Notes: a model not told the origin generated them from the sequence alone. DNA of 17,460 bases from an uncultured archaeon (GCA_964624865.1 CAZUZU010000051.1:1-17460); one strand, 5' to 3'; shown: positions 7,170 to 15,837, counted from the stretch's first letter. Numbers and translations are program-made.

Positions 7170-7218
7170 ATGAGAATATTAATTACACAATTCAAAGAAC
7201 GAGAGGGGAGGTGTTAAC

Positions 7219-7620
7219 ATGCCGGTAGCTAGATATTGGCGCGAGCAGAAACACAGGTATAACCTATTGGGATGCAAATGCGGTATCTGCAAGGAGGTGT
7301 TCTTCCCTCCGAGATTGATATGCCCCGAGTGTCACAGACAGTCCATAGGGAAGATCGAGCCCCTCACACTCGCACCCTCCGGAACGATAGAGACGTTCAG
7401 CATAGTCTACGATGCGCCGCACTTCCAGAAGATGCAGACCCCCTACGTCATGGCAATAGTCCGTTTGGACCACGGACCCAAGATAACAAGCCAGGTGGTT
7501 GACGCGTCACCGGACGACGTGGAGATAGGCAAGAGGGTCAACGTGGTCTTCAGACGGATACAGGAGAGTGGAAAGAGCGGCACCATCCACTACGGCTACA
7601 AGTTCATTCTGGCGGATTGA
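7219..7620 (+). CDS. DUF35 OB-fold / zinc-ribbon protein, partner of the archaeal thiolase-HMGCS complex (133 aa)
   Basis: A rubredoxin-like C-x2-C...C-x2-C motif reads 'CKCGICKEVFFPPRLICPECH', followed by an OB-fold-sized C-terminus. GGAGGTG lies upstream. The conserved gene neighbourhood with HMGCS and thiolase supports the call. Confidence 0.85.
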   Translation: MPVARYWREQKHRYNLLGCKCGICKEVFFPPRLICPECHRQSIGKIEPLTLAPSGTIETFSIVYDAPHFQKMQTPYVMAIVRLDHGPKITSQVVDASPDDVEIGKRVNVVFRRIQESGKSGTIHYGYKFILAD

Positions 7621-7651
7621 TATCCACAGCCGATCTCAGTCAACAGCCCCC

Positions 7652-8680
7652 TTAATCCAGAGAATTCACCGTATCTTCGAACTGGGCCATAAAGGGTTCC
7701 ATGATGTCGGGATGGGCCAGGGTTATTCTAATATGGTCCTTGTCCAGGCCTCTTATATGATATCCCCTTTCCTCCATTTTAGATACAAGGTCCCCGGCTT
7801 TATCCTTGATCTCGATGTAAAGGAAATTGGCGTTGGAAGGATAGACCTTTAAGGGCAGGGAACTCAACCTGGAGCAGGTCTCTTTCCTGACCTTTGAGCA
7901 CATCTCTTTGACCCGGGCGACGTAATCCTTGTCCCGGATCGCCGAGGCGGCGGTTACCTGGGCCACAGCATCAAGGTTGTAAGGCGATCTTGTTTTATTC
8001 AACACATCGATAATATCCGGCGGGGCCAAGGCGTAACCCGCTCTGATACCCGCAAGGCCGTAGGCCTTTGAGAACGTCCGGAGACATATTACATTGTCAT
8101 GGTCCGTGACGGGCGATTCTCCTGAAAATTCTGCGTATGCCTGGTCCAATAATACTATCCCCCCCGTTCCTTCCGCCAACTGTAATATATCGTCCTTTGA
8201 AAAGGAGTTGCCAGTGGGGTTGTTCGGGCTGGCCAGAATGATGATCTTGGGGTCGATGGCGAGCAGTCCTTCTACCTGGGGGGACATGTCTTGATCAAGG
8301 GGAACCTTCATCAATCTCGCTCCCGCTATTACAGAATAGAAGTCGTACATGACGAACGAGGGGACCGGAAATGCGATCCTGTCCCCGGGTTCTATGAAGG
8401 ATTTTATGATGAGGTCGATGATCTCGTCGGAGCCGTTGGACACCAATACATTGTCGGCATCGGCGGACCATTGTTCCGCGATTGCCTTTTTTAATTCACC
8501 GGCCTCGGGGTCGGGATAATGGTTCAGTTCCAACCCTTCGAGTAGTTCGGGTATGTTTTTGGTCACGGGATTGGGCATGAACTGGTTGGTATTCGCATCA
8601 AGCCGTATTCCTTTCTTTTGTTTTGCTTTGTAGGGACTTAAGTTTTTAATGGCTGTCCGCACCCACTTGTCCACGTCCAT
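7652..8680 (-). CDS. hisC: Histidinol-phosphate aminotransferase (342 aa)
   Basis: A class I/II aminotransferase fold with the PLP-lysine motif 'TFSKAYGLAGIRAGYA', together with 'ASPNNPTG' and 'DQAYAEF'. These are typical of HisC. Confidence 0.85.
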   Translation of the reverse strand: MDVDKWVRTAIKNLSPYKAKQKKGIRLDANTNQFMPNPVTKNIPELLEGLELNHYPDPEAGELKKAIAEQWSADADNVLVSNGSDEIIDLIIKSFIEPGDRIAFPVPSFVMYDFYSVIAGARLMKVPLDQDMSPQVEGLLAIDPKIIILASPNNPTGNSFSKDDILQLAEGTGGIVLLDQAYAEFSGESPVTDHDNVICLRTFSKAYGLAGIRAGYALAPPDIIDVLNKTRSPYNLDAVAQVTAASAIRDKDYVARVKEMCSKVRKETCSRLSSLPLKVYPSNANFLYIEIKDKAGDLVSKMEERGYHIRGLDKDHIRITLAHPDIMEPFMAQFEDTVNSLD

Positions 8681-8703
8681 GGGCGAGAGAAATCAACAAA
8701 GGG

Positions 8704-9180
8704 TTAAAATTCTTTTCCTTCGTCTTGAAGTTCCCGGGCAAAGAGACGAGCCTTGTGTTCCTTCGAGAATATGTTTAGTAATTGCTCGACGTCACCGTCC
8801 ACTATGAAAAGATGGCTTTTTGCCAGGGTGTCGCTGGAACCGAAATTCGGAACGGGATCGAAACGGGATGAAAGAATGGCGGCAAGTTCGGCCTCGATCT
8901 CCGGTTCGCAGTCCAGAATAAATATTTTCCTTACCTTCGCCGTGTCATTTGAGGTCAAATAATCAATATGCCACCTATTCCTTTTATTGGACGAGAGGTG
9001 CCTCTCAAGCCTTTTTCCCAGGCCCCTTTTCGCCCTTCCCGCGTAGGCGTATGAACCGGCTTTGAAATTGATGTTTCCAAGTGCACCCACTGTGATGTCG
9101 ATCTCTTTATCAAGATCGACCAAAAGTACGTAAAGTCCTTTGTCGTTGTAGCTAAGGGGCATATCCATGTACCCGTGCAT
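8704..9180 (-). CDS. GIY-YIG nuclease superfamily protein of the DUF123 family (about 150-158 aa)
   Basis: 'KAGSYAYAGRAKRGLGKRLERHLSSNKRNRWHIDYL' matches the G-x-Y-x-Y-x-G ... R ... H core of DUF123/GIY-YIG. The start is uncertain, with in-frame ATGs at M1, M5 and M7. The gene sits 23 nt upstream of hisC on the same strand. Confidence 0.7.
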   Translation of the reverse strand: MHGYMDMPLSYNDKGLYVLLVDLDKEIDITVGALGNINFKAGSYAYAGRAKRGLGKRLERHLSSNKRNRWHIDYLTSNDTAKVRKIFILDCEPEIEAELAAILSSRFDPVPNFGSSDTLAKSHLFIVDGDVEQLLNIFSKEHKARLFARELQDEGKEF

Positions 9181-9271
9181 ACATATAATGTTCTTATGTG
9201 TTTCTAAATCAAAACAGAAACGGGCGCGGGACCCTCGCGGAAGCTTTATATAATTTCATTTGTTCGAAGAA

Positions 9272-9943
9272 ATGGGAGGTTTCAAAATGGAATGGACTGA
9301 GAAGTTCGAGAAATGGTTCAAGGAAGGAAAGGAAGAGGAAGAAAGATATCTGGATTGGCCCTGGGACACCGAGGTGGAAAAGGGGGACAAGGAGGACGTG
9401 TTGACGTCGACCCATCCCAAGGTGCCCTTTGGCATTCGGATTTACGTGACAAAGCACTGGGCGAATCTGTATATCGATCCCGGAATTCCTACGGACACTA
9501 TGAGCGTAGAGGAAAGAATGAGGACATACAGAAAACTTCTCCGAATAAACACCGACCTAAACCTGATGAAGACCGGTCTCGCAGGGGACGAGAACCGGGT
9601 GGTCCTTGCCGTGGACCTGGACCTGGCCTCGCTCAATAACGAGGAGTTCAGCGACGCCCTGGGTTCTTTGATAATAGGCAGCCAGAAAGTGGTGGACAGC
9701 CTTGGACTTGAAGAGGAGCTTTCCCAGCTGATGTTCCAGAGGACCGCTGCAATGGCCTACGAGAAGATAACGGCGGGAGAGAGCGAGGAGGAGGTTACCG
9801 ACTTCCTGATACAAAGGGTGGGCCTTGACGAGGATTATGCCAAGGAGTTCATGGATAACGTATTAAAAGCGGTGGAAGAGGAGAAATCCAAGGCCAAGAT
9901 AGAGGCGGACGCCGACGAGGTAGACCTTGGATACATCAGATGA
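9272..9943 (+). CDS. Hypothetical acidic cytoplasmic protein (about 219-224 aa)
   Basis: The ORF track starts at a TTG at 9260. The first ATGs are 9272, my choice because the TATA 'tttatata' at about 9245-9252 places the TSS near 9272-9277, and 9287, preceded by 'gggagg'. No recognisable family. The protein is Glu/Asp-rich. Confidence 0.5.
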   Translation: MGGFKMEWTEKFEKWFKEGKEEEERYLDWPWDTEVEKGDKEDVLTSTHPKVPFGIRIYVTKHWANLYIDPGIPTDTMSVEERMRTYRKLLRINTDLNLMKTGLAGDENRVVLAVDLDLASLNNEEFSDALGSLIIGSQKVVDSLGLEEELSQLMFQRTAAMAYEKITAGESEEEVTDFLIQRVGLDEDYAKEFMDNVLKAVEEEKSKAKIEADADEVDLGYIR

Positions 9944-10042
9944 TAGGTATAAATTGTATGGACATTTAGACCCTCAATCCTTTAACAGCCCGTTATGTAT
10001 GGATTAGATAACAGAAGAAAACCAATAAAATCTACAGTTTGT

Positions 10043-11869
10043 TCAGTCAACTGTCAATGTCTTGGATAGATTTCTCGGCAGGTCCGGGTTGTTGCCCACC
10101 GAAACCGCCCAGTGGTAGGCAATCAATTGCAGGGGGACCACGCCGAGGATCGGGGCTATATCACCGTGTGCCGGCGGCAGGGGGATGAACTCGTCGGAAT
10201 TCTTACGAAATGCCATGGAATCAGGTGCTATGGCAATAATACTGCCCTTTCGACAGGTTATCTCGTTCATATGGGATATGACCATCCTTGCGTCCTCCGG
10301 CACCGCTACGAAGATAACGGGATAGCCCTTCTGAATTATGGATAATGGGCCGTGTTTGAACTCGCTGGAATACATGCCCTCGCAGTGGGCGTAGGTCACC
10401 TCTTTGATCTTTAATGCGCCCTCCAATGCGGTGCCGTGGCAAAGCCCGTATCCCAGGCAGTAAATATCTTTGATCTTGGATTTTGACAGGTCTCCGGCTA
10501 TCTTCCTGCAGGTTTCGTCAGATTCGGAGATGGCCCGCTCCAGCTTTGAGGGAAGCTCGTGAAGTTCGTCCCACAACCTGTTCAGCGTATGGGGCTCCAC
10601 GAAGTTCTTTTTCTCAGCGATCTTCAAGGAAAGATAGAAGAACAGAACGACCTGGTTCATGTAGGTCTTGGTGGCGGGCACGCTAATCTCCAGGTCGCAG
10701 GATAGAGGCAGATAGACCTGAGAATTTAGCATTAATGTTGAGCCCAGCACGTTCAATACGCCGAGTATCCTGCCCTTCCCCATCTTCTTGCAGTGGTTAA
10801 CCACGTTGATCACGTCCTTGGTCTCGCCGCTCTGGCTAACGCAAAGGATCGGGGTATCCTTGTCAATTACTGCGCCGTAGAGGTCGATGAACTGCCCGGC
10901 GATCACGGGAATGGCGTTCACGCGTGCGTTACGGTTCAGGTAATAAGCGCCCATGACGCAGGCGTTGAAACTGGACCCCGAGGCCACGAGATAAACGTTC
11001 TCGTCCTCCATGGCATCTATGAAGCTGTCCAGGAACTTGGATTCGTCCAAGACGTTGATCAGGGCCTTTAGCCTCGAAGGTTGCTCGTGTATTTCCTTGA
11101 GCATGTAATGGTCGAATCCGCCTTTGGACGCGTCCTTTGCGGTGAGGTCGCATATCTCCGCCTCTCTTTTCAGTTCCCCGCCGCTCTCGATGCCGTATAT
11201 GGAGTATTCCTTGGAATCGAACCTAACCATCTCTCCGTCCATCAAGGTCACGATCTTATCCGTAAAGGGAAGTATCGAGGGAAGGTCGCTGGAGCAGCAT
11301 ATGAATTCCTTACCTATGCCCAGGTATAGAGAGGAGCCGGATTTGACAGCGTACATGTGGTCTTCGTCTTTGGTGGTCACGGCATAGGCGTAGTCCCCGT
11401 GAAGCTCGTCATGTGCTTCCTGGATAGCTTGGAGCATGGAATCGCTCCCGTTATATTTCTCCTCCACAGCGTGTACCACCATCTCCCCGTCGTTCCAGCC
11501 TTTTACCTTGTGGCCGTCCCGGATGAACCTGTCCCTTAGTTGGGTGGTGTTTACTATATTGCCATTGTGCGCCCCCACCATGTTCTCCCGGCAGTCAATG
11601 TGGGGTTGAGCGTTCTTCTTGCTCGGCCGGCCGAAGGTTGCCCAGCGGAGCTGGATTATACCTTTGCTGCCCTTCATCGATTGAAAATCGTATTTCTTGG
11701 CCACCTCCTCTATGGTGCCCACGTCCTTTCTCAGGTCTATGTCCCCGTCAATCGTTGCGCAGCCAACCGAATCGTATCCCCGGTACACCAGCCTCCTGCC
11801 CGCCTTGATAAGTATCTTGCCCAGTTCGGGGTTCACGCCATCCCAAACTATACCGAATATTCCGCACAT
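10043..11869 (-). CDS. glmS: Glutamine--fructose-6-phosphate aminotransferase, isomerizing (608 aa)
   Basis: The N-terminal 'MCGIFGIV' is a class II Gln amidotransferase with Cys2. Two SIS domains are present, with 'CVSQSGETKD'. The C-terminal '...KTLTVD' is typical of GlmS. An oligo-T tract lies on the minus strand downstream at 9944-10042. Confidence 0.92.
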   Translation of the reverse strand: MCGIFGIVWDGVNPELGKILIKAGRRLVYRGYDSVGCATIDGDIDLRKDVGTIEEVAKKYDFQSMKGSKGIIQLRWATFGRPSKKNAQPHIDCRENMVGAHNGNIVNTTQLRDRFIRDGHKVKGWNDGEMVVHAVEEKYNGSDSMLQAIQEAHDELHGDYAYAVTTKDEDHMYAVKSGSSLYLGIGKEFICCSSDLPSILPFTDKIVTLMDGEMVRFDSKEYSIYGIESGGELKREAEICDLTAKDASKGGFDHYMLKEIHEQPSRLKALINVLDESKFLDSFIDAMEDENVYLVASGSSFNACVMGAYYLNRNARVNAIPVIAGQFIDLYGAVIDKDTPILCVSQSGETKDVINVVNHCKKMGKGRILGVLNVLGSTLMLNSQVYLPLSCDLEISVPATKTYMNQVVLFFYLSLKIAEKKNFVEPHTLNRLWDELHELPSKLERAISESDETCRKIAGDLSKSKIKDIYCLGYGLCHGTALEGALKIKEVTYAHCEGMYSSEFKHGPLSIIQKGYPVIFVAVPEDARMVISHMNEITCRKGSIIAIAPDSMAFRKNSDEFIPLPPAHGDIAPILGVVPLQLIAYHWAVSVGNNPDLPRNLSKTLTVD

Positions 11870-11950
11870 GCCCCTCCATAAAGGGAAGGGAGTTTATATA
11901 TTTAATGCCAGTATCTCGAGAAATGGTATATGGGCGATATAATATCCGTT

Positions 11951-13285
11951 TTACTTCCTTTTCCTCTTAAGATTATGGAATACCACGGCCCCTGATACAA
12001 GGGCGGTTGCCAGGAACAACAGGGGTTGGTGCCGGATCATCTCCGTGGCGGCATCAAGGATAGGCTGCAGGGCGGGATTCATCCCGATGGTGGGGTCGTG
12101 ATGCAGGCGGCCGGTACCGTTGAGCCGGTAATCCATGACCATGGTCCTTTTACTGGCGTCTCCCGTTTCCGCCAGATAGCCTTCTACGGCTATGGTTTCA
12201 GTACCAAGGGATTCGATGTCTCCCTTGTAGAAGTTGGCCTCTTTCAAGTATGCGTAGTAGCCCAGTTTTTCCCCGTCTCGGTTGTAATAATAGATCCTTC
12301 CCTCTTCCTCCCCGTCAATAAGCTCGCCTATGGTGTTCCCTCCGGTTTCGTCCACTATGTCCTGGAAAAGGGCGATCCTGTAGCTCTCTGGCACGTTACC
12401 GTCTACATAAATGTCTATATCGAACTTCTGCCTGTCCCAATCCTCGGAACTGCGCATGGCGCTGGAATAATGGAAGCCTAAGTTGAGGTCTATGCCTCCG
12501 TTGGAAGCGTACCCTCCGTTTGTCCCGGTTACGGAGAAGTCGTATCTCTCGTATCCTTCCAGCAGGTTCAATCTCATGGACCAATCCAGGTCGTCGAGGC
12601 TGTATTCGGCGAACTCTTCCCCGTCCTCGTATCTCTGGTTGTTGTTGTGGTCCTGATAGAGGACTGCGTTGGTATATTCGATACGGAACCTGGCTCCCTC
12701 ACCCATGTCCGAGGTATAGTAGTAATATATCTCCGGCTCGTCCGTTTTGACCACGGCTGTGAATACCTTCCCCTCTATTATCACCGAGTTCTCTTTCATG
12801 TAGAGCTGGAATTCCTCGCCTTTTCCCTCGGAGGGATAAGGACTGAAATCCTCCATGGTATATTCCTTGGTCAGGTAATCCAGGGTCCCCAGTAACTCTC
12901 CCTCGAATAAAACATATATCTCTATTTTGAACCTACCTTCCAGGCCCTTCTGGTATATCTCGCTCCCGTCGAACCTCAGGGTTACATTGTATGTGCCCGG
13001 TGAGAAGGAACCGGAATTGGATGCCATTATGCCGCCGGAATTGGTGATCTTTGCGTAAAGGGCGTAATCCCCGGCTTCCGTAGGATTGAAACTGAGCTCC
13101 AGATTGAGGGCGTCGAATATCCCGTCCCCCTCGAAATCCTCTTTTTCCTCACCGGTCACGGACAGTATGCCCTCTACCTGCCCGCTGGTGTTTTGAGGGA
13201 TTAGGATAATGGTTAGAACAAGGGCTATTGTGACAACGAACACAGCCGAAAGCGCCGCCCTACTATTCGAACCTCGCGTTTTCAT
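11951..13285 (-). CDS. Predicted secreted/cell-surface protein with an N-terminal signal or anchor and a C-terminal TM segment plus basic tail (444 aa)
   Basis: The N-terminus is 'MKTRGSNSRAALSAVFVVTIALVLTIILIP'. The C-terminus '...HQPLLFLATALVSGAVVFHNLKRKRK' is a hydrophobic helix followed by KRKRK, resembling archaeal C-terminal anchors but without a PGF motif. The protein is rich in Tyr/Gly/Asp/Glu. An AT-rich palindromic TATA region lies upstream. Confidence 0.6.
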   Translation of the reverse strand: MKTRGSNSRAALSAVFVVTIALVLTIILIPQNTSGQVEGILSVTGEEKEDFEGDGIFDALNLELSFNPTEAGDYALYAKITNSGGIMASNSGSFSPGTYNVTLRFDGSEIYQKGLEGRFKIEIYVLFEGELLGTLDYLTKEYTMEDFSPYPSEGKGEEFQLYMKENSVIIEGKVFTAVVKTDEPEIYYYYTSDMGEGARFRIEYTNAVLYQDHNNNQRYEDGEEFAEYSLDDLDWSMRLNLLEGYERYDFSVTGTNGGYASNGGIDLNLGFHYSSAMRSSEDWDRQKFDIDIYVDGNVPESYRIALFQDIVDETGGNTIGELIDGEEEGRIYYYNRDGEKLGYYAYLKEANFYKGDIESLGTETIAVEGYLAETGDASKRTMVMDYRLNGTGRLHHDPTIGMNPALQPILDAATEMIRHQPLLFLATALVSGAVVFHNLKRKRK

Positions 13286-13311
13286 CTCGTCTCCCTAATA
13301 TGTAGATTGTC

Positions 13312-13328
13312 TTATATCATATATAAGG
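13312..13328 (-). promoter_or_regulatory. Palindromic TATA-like element (cttatat-cat-atataag) upstream of the surface-protein gene
   Basis: A 7-3-7 perfect inverted repeat made only of AT-rich sequence, 27-43 nt upstream of the start codon at 13285 on the minus strand. Confidence 0.35.
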
Positions 13329-13436
13329 GTTTTAGGACAATCATCGAACTATTGACACGGATATTCTTGTCCTGGCTTGTATCCTGGCTTTTGCTTACCC
13401 AAAAGGTGATAACCATACGTCCCATCATTAGCCTCT

Positions 13437-14183
13437 CTACTTGCGTCTGAACAGCTTGCCCTTGGCCAAGTAATACAGTCCTTTCTTCCTAATGTAGCCC
13501 AGGACCTGACGGTATCTTTTGCCTAGGTCCTTCCTCGGCACTTCTTTGGGGTCGTAATAGATGTCCTTGTCTGCGACCTCTTCAACGTATCTTCTCGCCC
13601 TCTCCTCCAGCCAGGTCTGCAACGGCTCGCCTATCTCCTCGATATCAACTATGTATCCCTCGCTTCTGAGGGATCTCTTGGCCTTTTCCAGAATAGCTCC
13701 GGTGCATATCTTTATCTTCGTTTTTTTCTTGTCGGGATCAATGTCGTGGATTATCTCCATGGTCCTTTCCCTGAAACGGTCCATGTACTTCTTGCGCTTG
13801 TACCTCTTGCCCTGAAAGTAACGGACCTCGATCTCCCTCCAATGATATTCATCCCTTCCTTTGTCATATACGCCGCACAGGGCCCCGCCTATGGGGAAGG
13901 ACCAGGCCGCGTCGTCAATGAAGATCAATCTCTTCCCCTCGTCGGCCACCAACCCTCCGTGGTTAACAAGTCTCTCCAGGGTATAGTCGTCATTGTGGAT
14001 CATGAGAAGTTTGTCCTTCTTGTTTTTATATACCCTGATATTGAACTTTTCGGTGACCTTGGCCCCGTCTCCCTTTAATTTCAAAACAAGGCGGGGATTG
14101 TTCTCGTCATCCTCAATTAGATCGAGTGCCTTTAACTTATCCAAATATTCCTCATCGATTATCTTCTTGGGCATAACAAACAC
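13437..14183 (-). CDS. Hypothetical, highly basic (Lys/Arg-rich) protein, possibly nucleic-acid-binding (248 aa)
   Basis: ORF track. About 25% K+R. I could not assign a family. It starts 22 nt downstream of the CPBP protease gene on the same strand, so the two are probably co-transcribed. Confidence 0.55.
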   Translation of the reverse strand: MFVMPKKIIDEEYLDKLKALDLIEDDENNPRLVLKLKGDGAKVTEKFNIRVYKNKKDKLLMIHNDDYTLERLVNHGGLVADEGKRLIFIDDAAWSFPIGGALCGVYDKGRDEYHWREIEVRYFQGKRYKRKKYMDRFRERTMEIIHDIDPDKKKTKIKICTGAILEKAKRSLRSEGYIVDIEEIGEPLQTWLEERARRYVEEVADKDIYYDPKEVPRKDLGKRYRQVLGYIRKKGLYYLAKGKLFRRK

Positions 14184-14205
14184 TCGGGTTTAAAAGTTGC
14201 TCAGC

Positions 14206-15837
14206 TCACCACCTTATATCCTCGCTGTCCCCCACCTCTCTCTTCCATTCGCGCTCGTATGCCGCGGTGAGTTGATATTCATTGGAATCGTCCTGGTTGG
14301 TTGGAAGGACCGGGATGGGCGGGACCTGGTCCCCGGCCTCCACCAGTTCGATCCTAATGGTGATCATGGATTGTGAGCCGTTGCCTTCTCCCCCTGACCA
14401 GGAAATCCGGATGCTCCCCCCGGAGGATTCGTCGGACTTGAGGACGTCCCCATCCTCGCTCAAAATCAATAATCTGAAGGTGTCCGGTTCATTGTCGTAC
14501 TCCACTATTCCGACCGGTCCCGGGCTGGTGTCGTTCTCCTCGTCCTGCCACTTGAGGGTGGCGTCAACGCTGTTGATGACGCCCTGGTCCGGGGCGATGG
14601 TGTGTTCCACAGCCTGACCTTCGAGTACCATTCCCGTTCGGGTCATGTTCTCCTTTTCTTTCATTGTCTCATAGATCGGCTCCATTGGCCTGTCGCTTCT
14701 CTTTGTAGGGTCTTGGACATCAATGCCGGAGGCAACCGGTATCATCACCAGGCAGAAAACCGTCGTGAAGGCTATGGCCTTTCTCCACGGTTTCTCCCAA
14801 TGACCGCAGTCCATTCGCCGCATCCACCAGACGAAGCCCTTCCCCTCTTCCTCCTCGCCCATTTCCCTTGCATCCTTCTTCCAGAAGGTCAGGTACAGGA
14901 AATAGAAGAACGGTATCATAACAGCCAGGGTGATAATGGTGTTCACGAAGTCCACAAGGCCGAAGGCAGCGGCCGGGTTCTCGATCACGGAGCGGCTGTA
15001 GGCACCCTTGACCTGGAACAGGGTTAGGTACCAGTCCCACAGCCCGTGGATGATTATCCCGAGCACGATGTTTCTTGACCAATGGTAGATGAGCGAGAAG
15101 AATATTCCCATGATGAATAAAGTGAGCATGTACCACATTATCGCCTCAAGTCCAAGGTGATGGACCATTATCGATATTGGGAGGTGGCCTATGGCAAAGA
15201 GCACTGCCGAGAATATTATGGCGTGCAGGATGGGAAAAGCCCTTGCCGTTTGATCCTGCAGGAAGCCGCGGGAGAACAGCTCCTCGGCCGGGCCAGTGGA
15301 GATCATGTAGGAGAACATGGTGGCGATTACCAGGCCCCAGCCAACGCCTTCCACGTTCCAGCCCGCAACCACGTGGAAATCGGCTCCCTGGCCGGTGGCT
15401 ACAAGATGGGCAACGAATATCACGCTGGCCACTATATAAAATATCAGGCCCCCGAAACAGCCCCAGAACACAGAGGAGGCAAGATTGGTCCGGGTTATAC
15501 GGAACGGGTTTCCCCTTTCCTTGAATATGTACCACCAGAGGGGAAAGACCGGCCCCAATTGGAGAAGGGGCTTGGCGAACAGGGTGACCCAGTACATGGT
15601 GACCCTGTCGGTCAGGGGTTCGAAGTTGCCGGTTAACCAGCGGTATACAGACCAAATTAATATCTTGACAACGAAGACCAAAAGCACCAGCTGTAGGAAC
15701 TTCCACCTGTTGTCTATGGGCTGGTCGCCGACTGGAGGAACGCCGTTCCAACGCTCCTCTTCCGCCATGTCTTCCTGGGTACCCTCGCCCTTTGGCTTTG
15801 CAAGTAGATTTCCAAGGACCATGAAGGGTGAAATCAC
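14206..15837 (-). CDS. CPBP-family (CAAX protease / Abi, PF02517-like) intramembrane metalloprotease with a long acidic, beta-rich C-terminal domain (543 aa)
   Basis: Multiple TM helices. CPBP motifs are 'GPAEELFSRGFL' (EExxxR), 'FAIGHLP' (FxxxH) and 'IIHGLWDWY' (HxxxN/D-like). The last about 180 aa, 'DVQDPTKRSD...EDIRW', are hydrophilic and acidic. The start could instead be M6, at 15822, given an AT-rich box at about 15847-15858. Confidence 0.8.
   Translation of the reverse strand: MISPFMVLGNLLAKPKGEGTQEDMAEEERWNGVPPVGDQPIDNRWKFLQLVLLVFVVKILIWSVYRWLTGNFEPLTDRVTMYWVTLFAKPLLQLGPVFPLWWYIFKERGNPFRITRTNLASSVFWGCFGGLIFYIVASVIFVAHLVATGQGADFHVVAGWNVEGVGWGLVIATMFSYMISTGPAEELFSRGFLQDQTARAFPILHAIIFSAVLFAIGHLPISIMVHHLGLEAIMWYMLTLFIMGIFFSLIYHWSRNIVLGIIIHGLWDWYLTLFQVKGAYSRSVIENPAAAFGLVDFVNTIITLAVMIPFFYFLYLTFWKKDAREMGEEEEGKGFVWWMRRMDCGHWEKPWRKAIAFTTVFCLVMIPVASGIDVQDPTKRSDRPMEPIYETMKEKENMTRTGMVLEGQAVEHTIAPDQGVINSVDATLKWQDEENDTSPGPVGIVEYDNEPDTFRLLILSEDGDVLKSDESSGGSIRISWSGGEGNGSQSMITIRIELVEAGDQVPPIPVLPTNQDDSNEYQLTAAYEREWKREVGDSEDIRW

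Noticed and set aside
4011-7473. Minor ORFs 4011..4352(-), 4117..4344(-), 4374..4616(-), 4826..5026(-), 4998..5447(+), 5287..5553(-), 5727..6397(-) set, 6479..7151(-) set, 7264..7473(-) and 7272..7502(+)
   Set aside because: All of these overlap the regulator, HMGCS, thiolase or DUF35 genes in other frames or strands. Their composition is typical of non-coding frames of GC-rich genes.
7568-8494. Plus-strand ORFs 7568..7852, 8094..8294 and 8291..8494
   Set aside because: They lie antisense inside hisC, which has a clear PLP-lysine motif and a full-length aminotransferase fold.
8753-9639. ORFs 8753..8962(+), 9198..9404(+), 9209..9457(-), 9313..9639(+), 9442..9636(-) and 9557..9814(-)
   Set aside because: These overlap the GIY-YIG gene or the 9272..9943 gene out of frame. 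Several rely on TTG starts and have Arg/Lys/Gly-rich junk translations.
10112-11942. Plus-strand ORFs inside glmS: 10112..10345, 10483..10686, 10793..11071, 11081..11329, 11124..11387, 11357..11539, 11540..11881 and 11697..11942. Also the minus-strand ORFs 10221..10442 and 10929..11153
   Set aside because: glmS on the minus strand is unambiguous across the whole span. These are shadow frames.
13286-13436. Short direct repeat tcctggctt(g/t)t x2 at about 13366-13391, and repeated 'tgtatgga' at about 9954 and 9995 in the glmS/9272-gene convergent spacer
   Set aside because: These are too short, at 8-10 nt, and isolated to distinguish from chance. No supporting structure or conservation is visible from the sequence alone.
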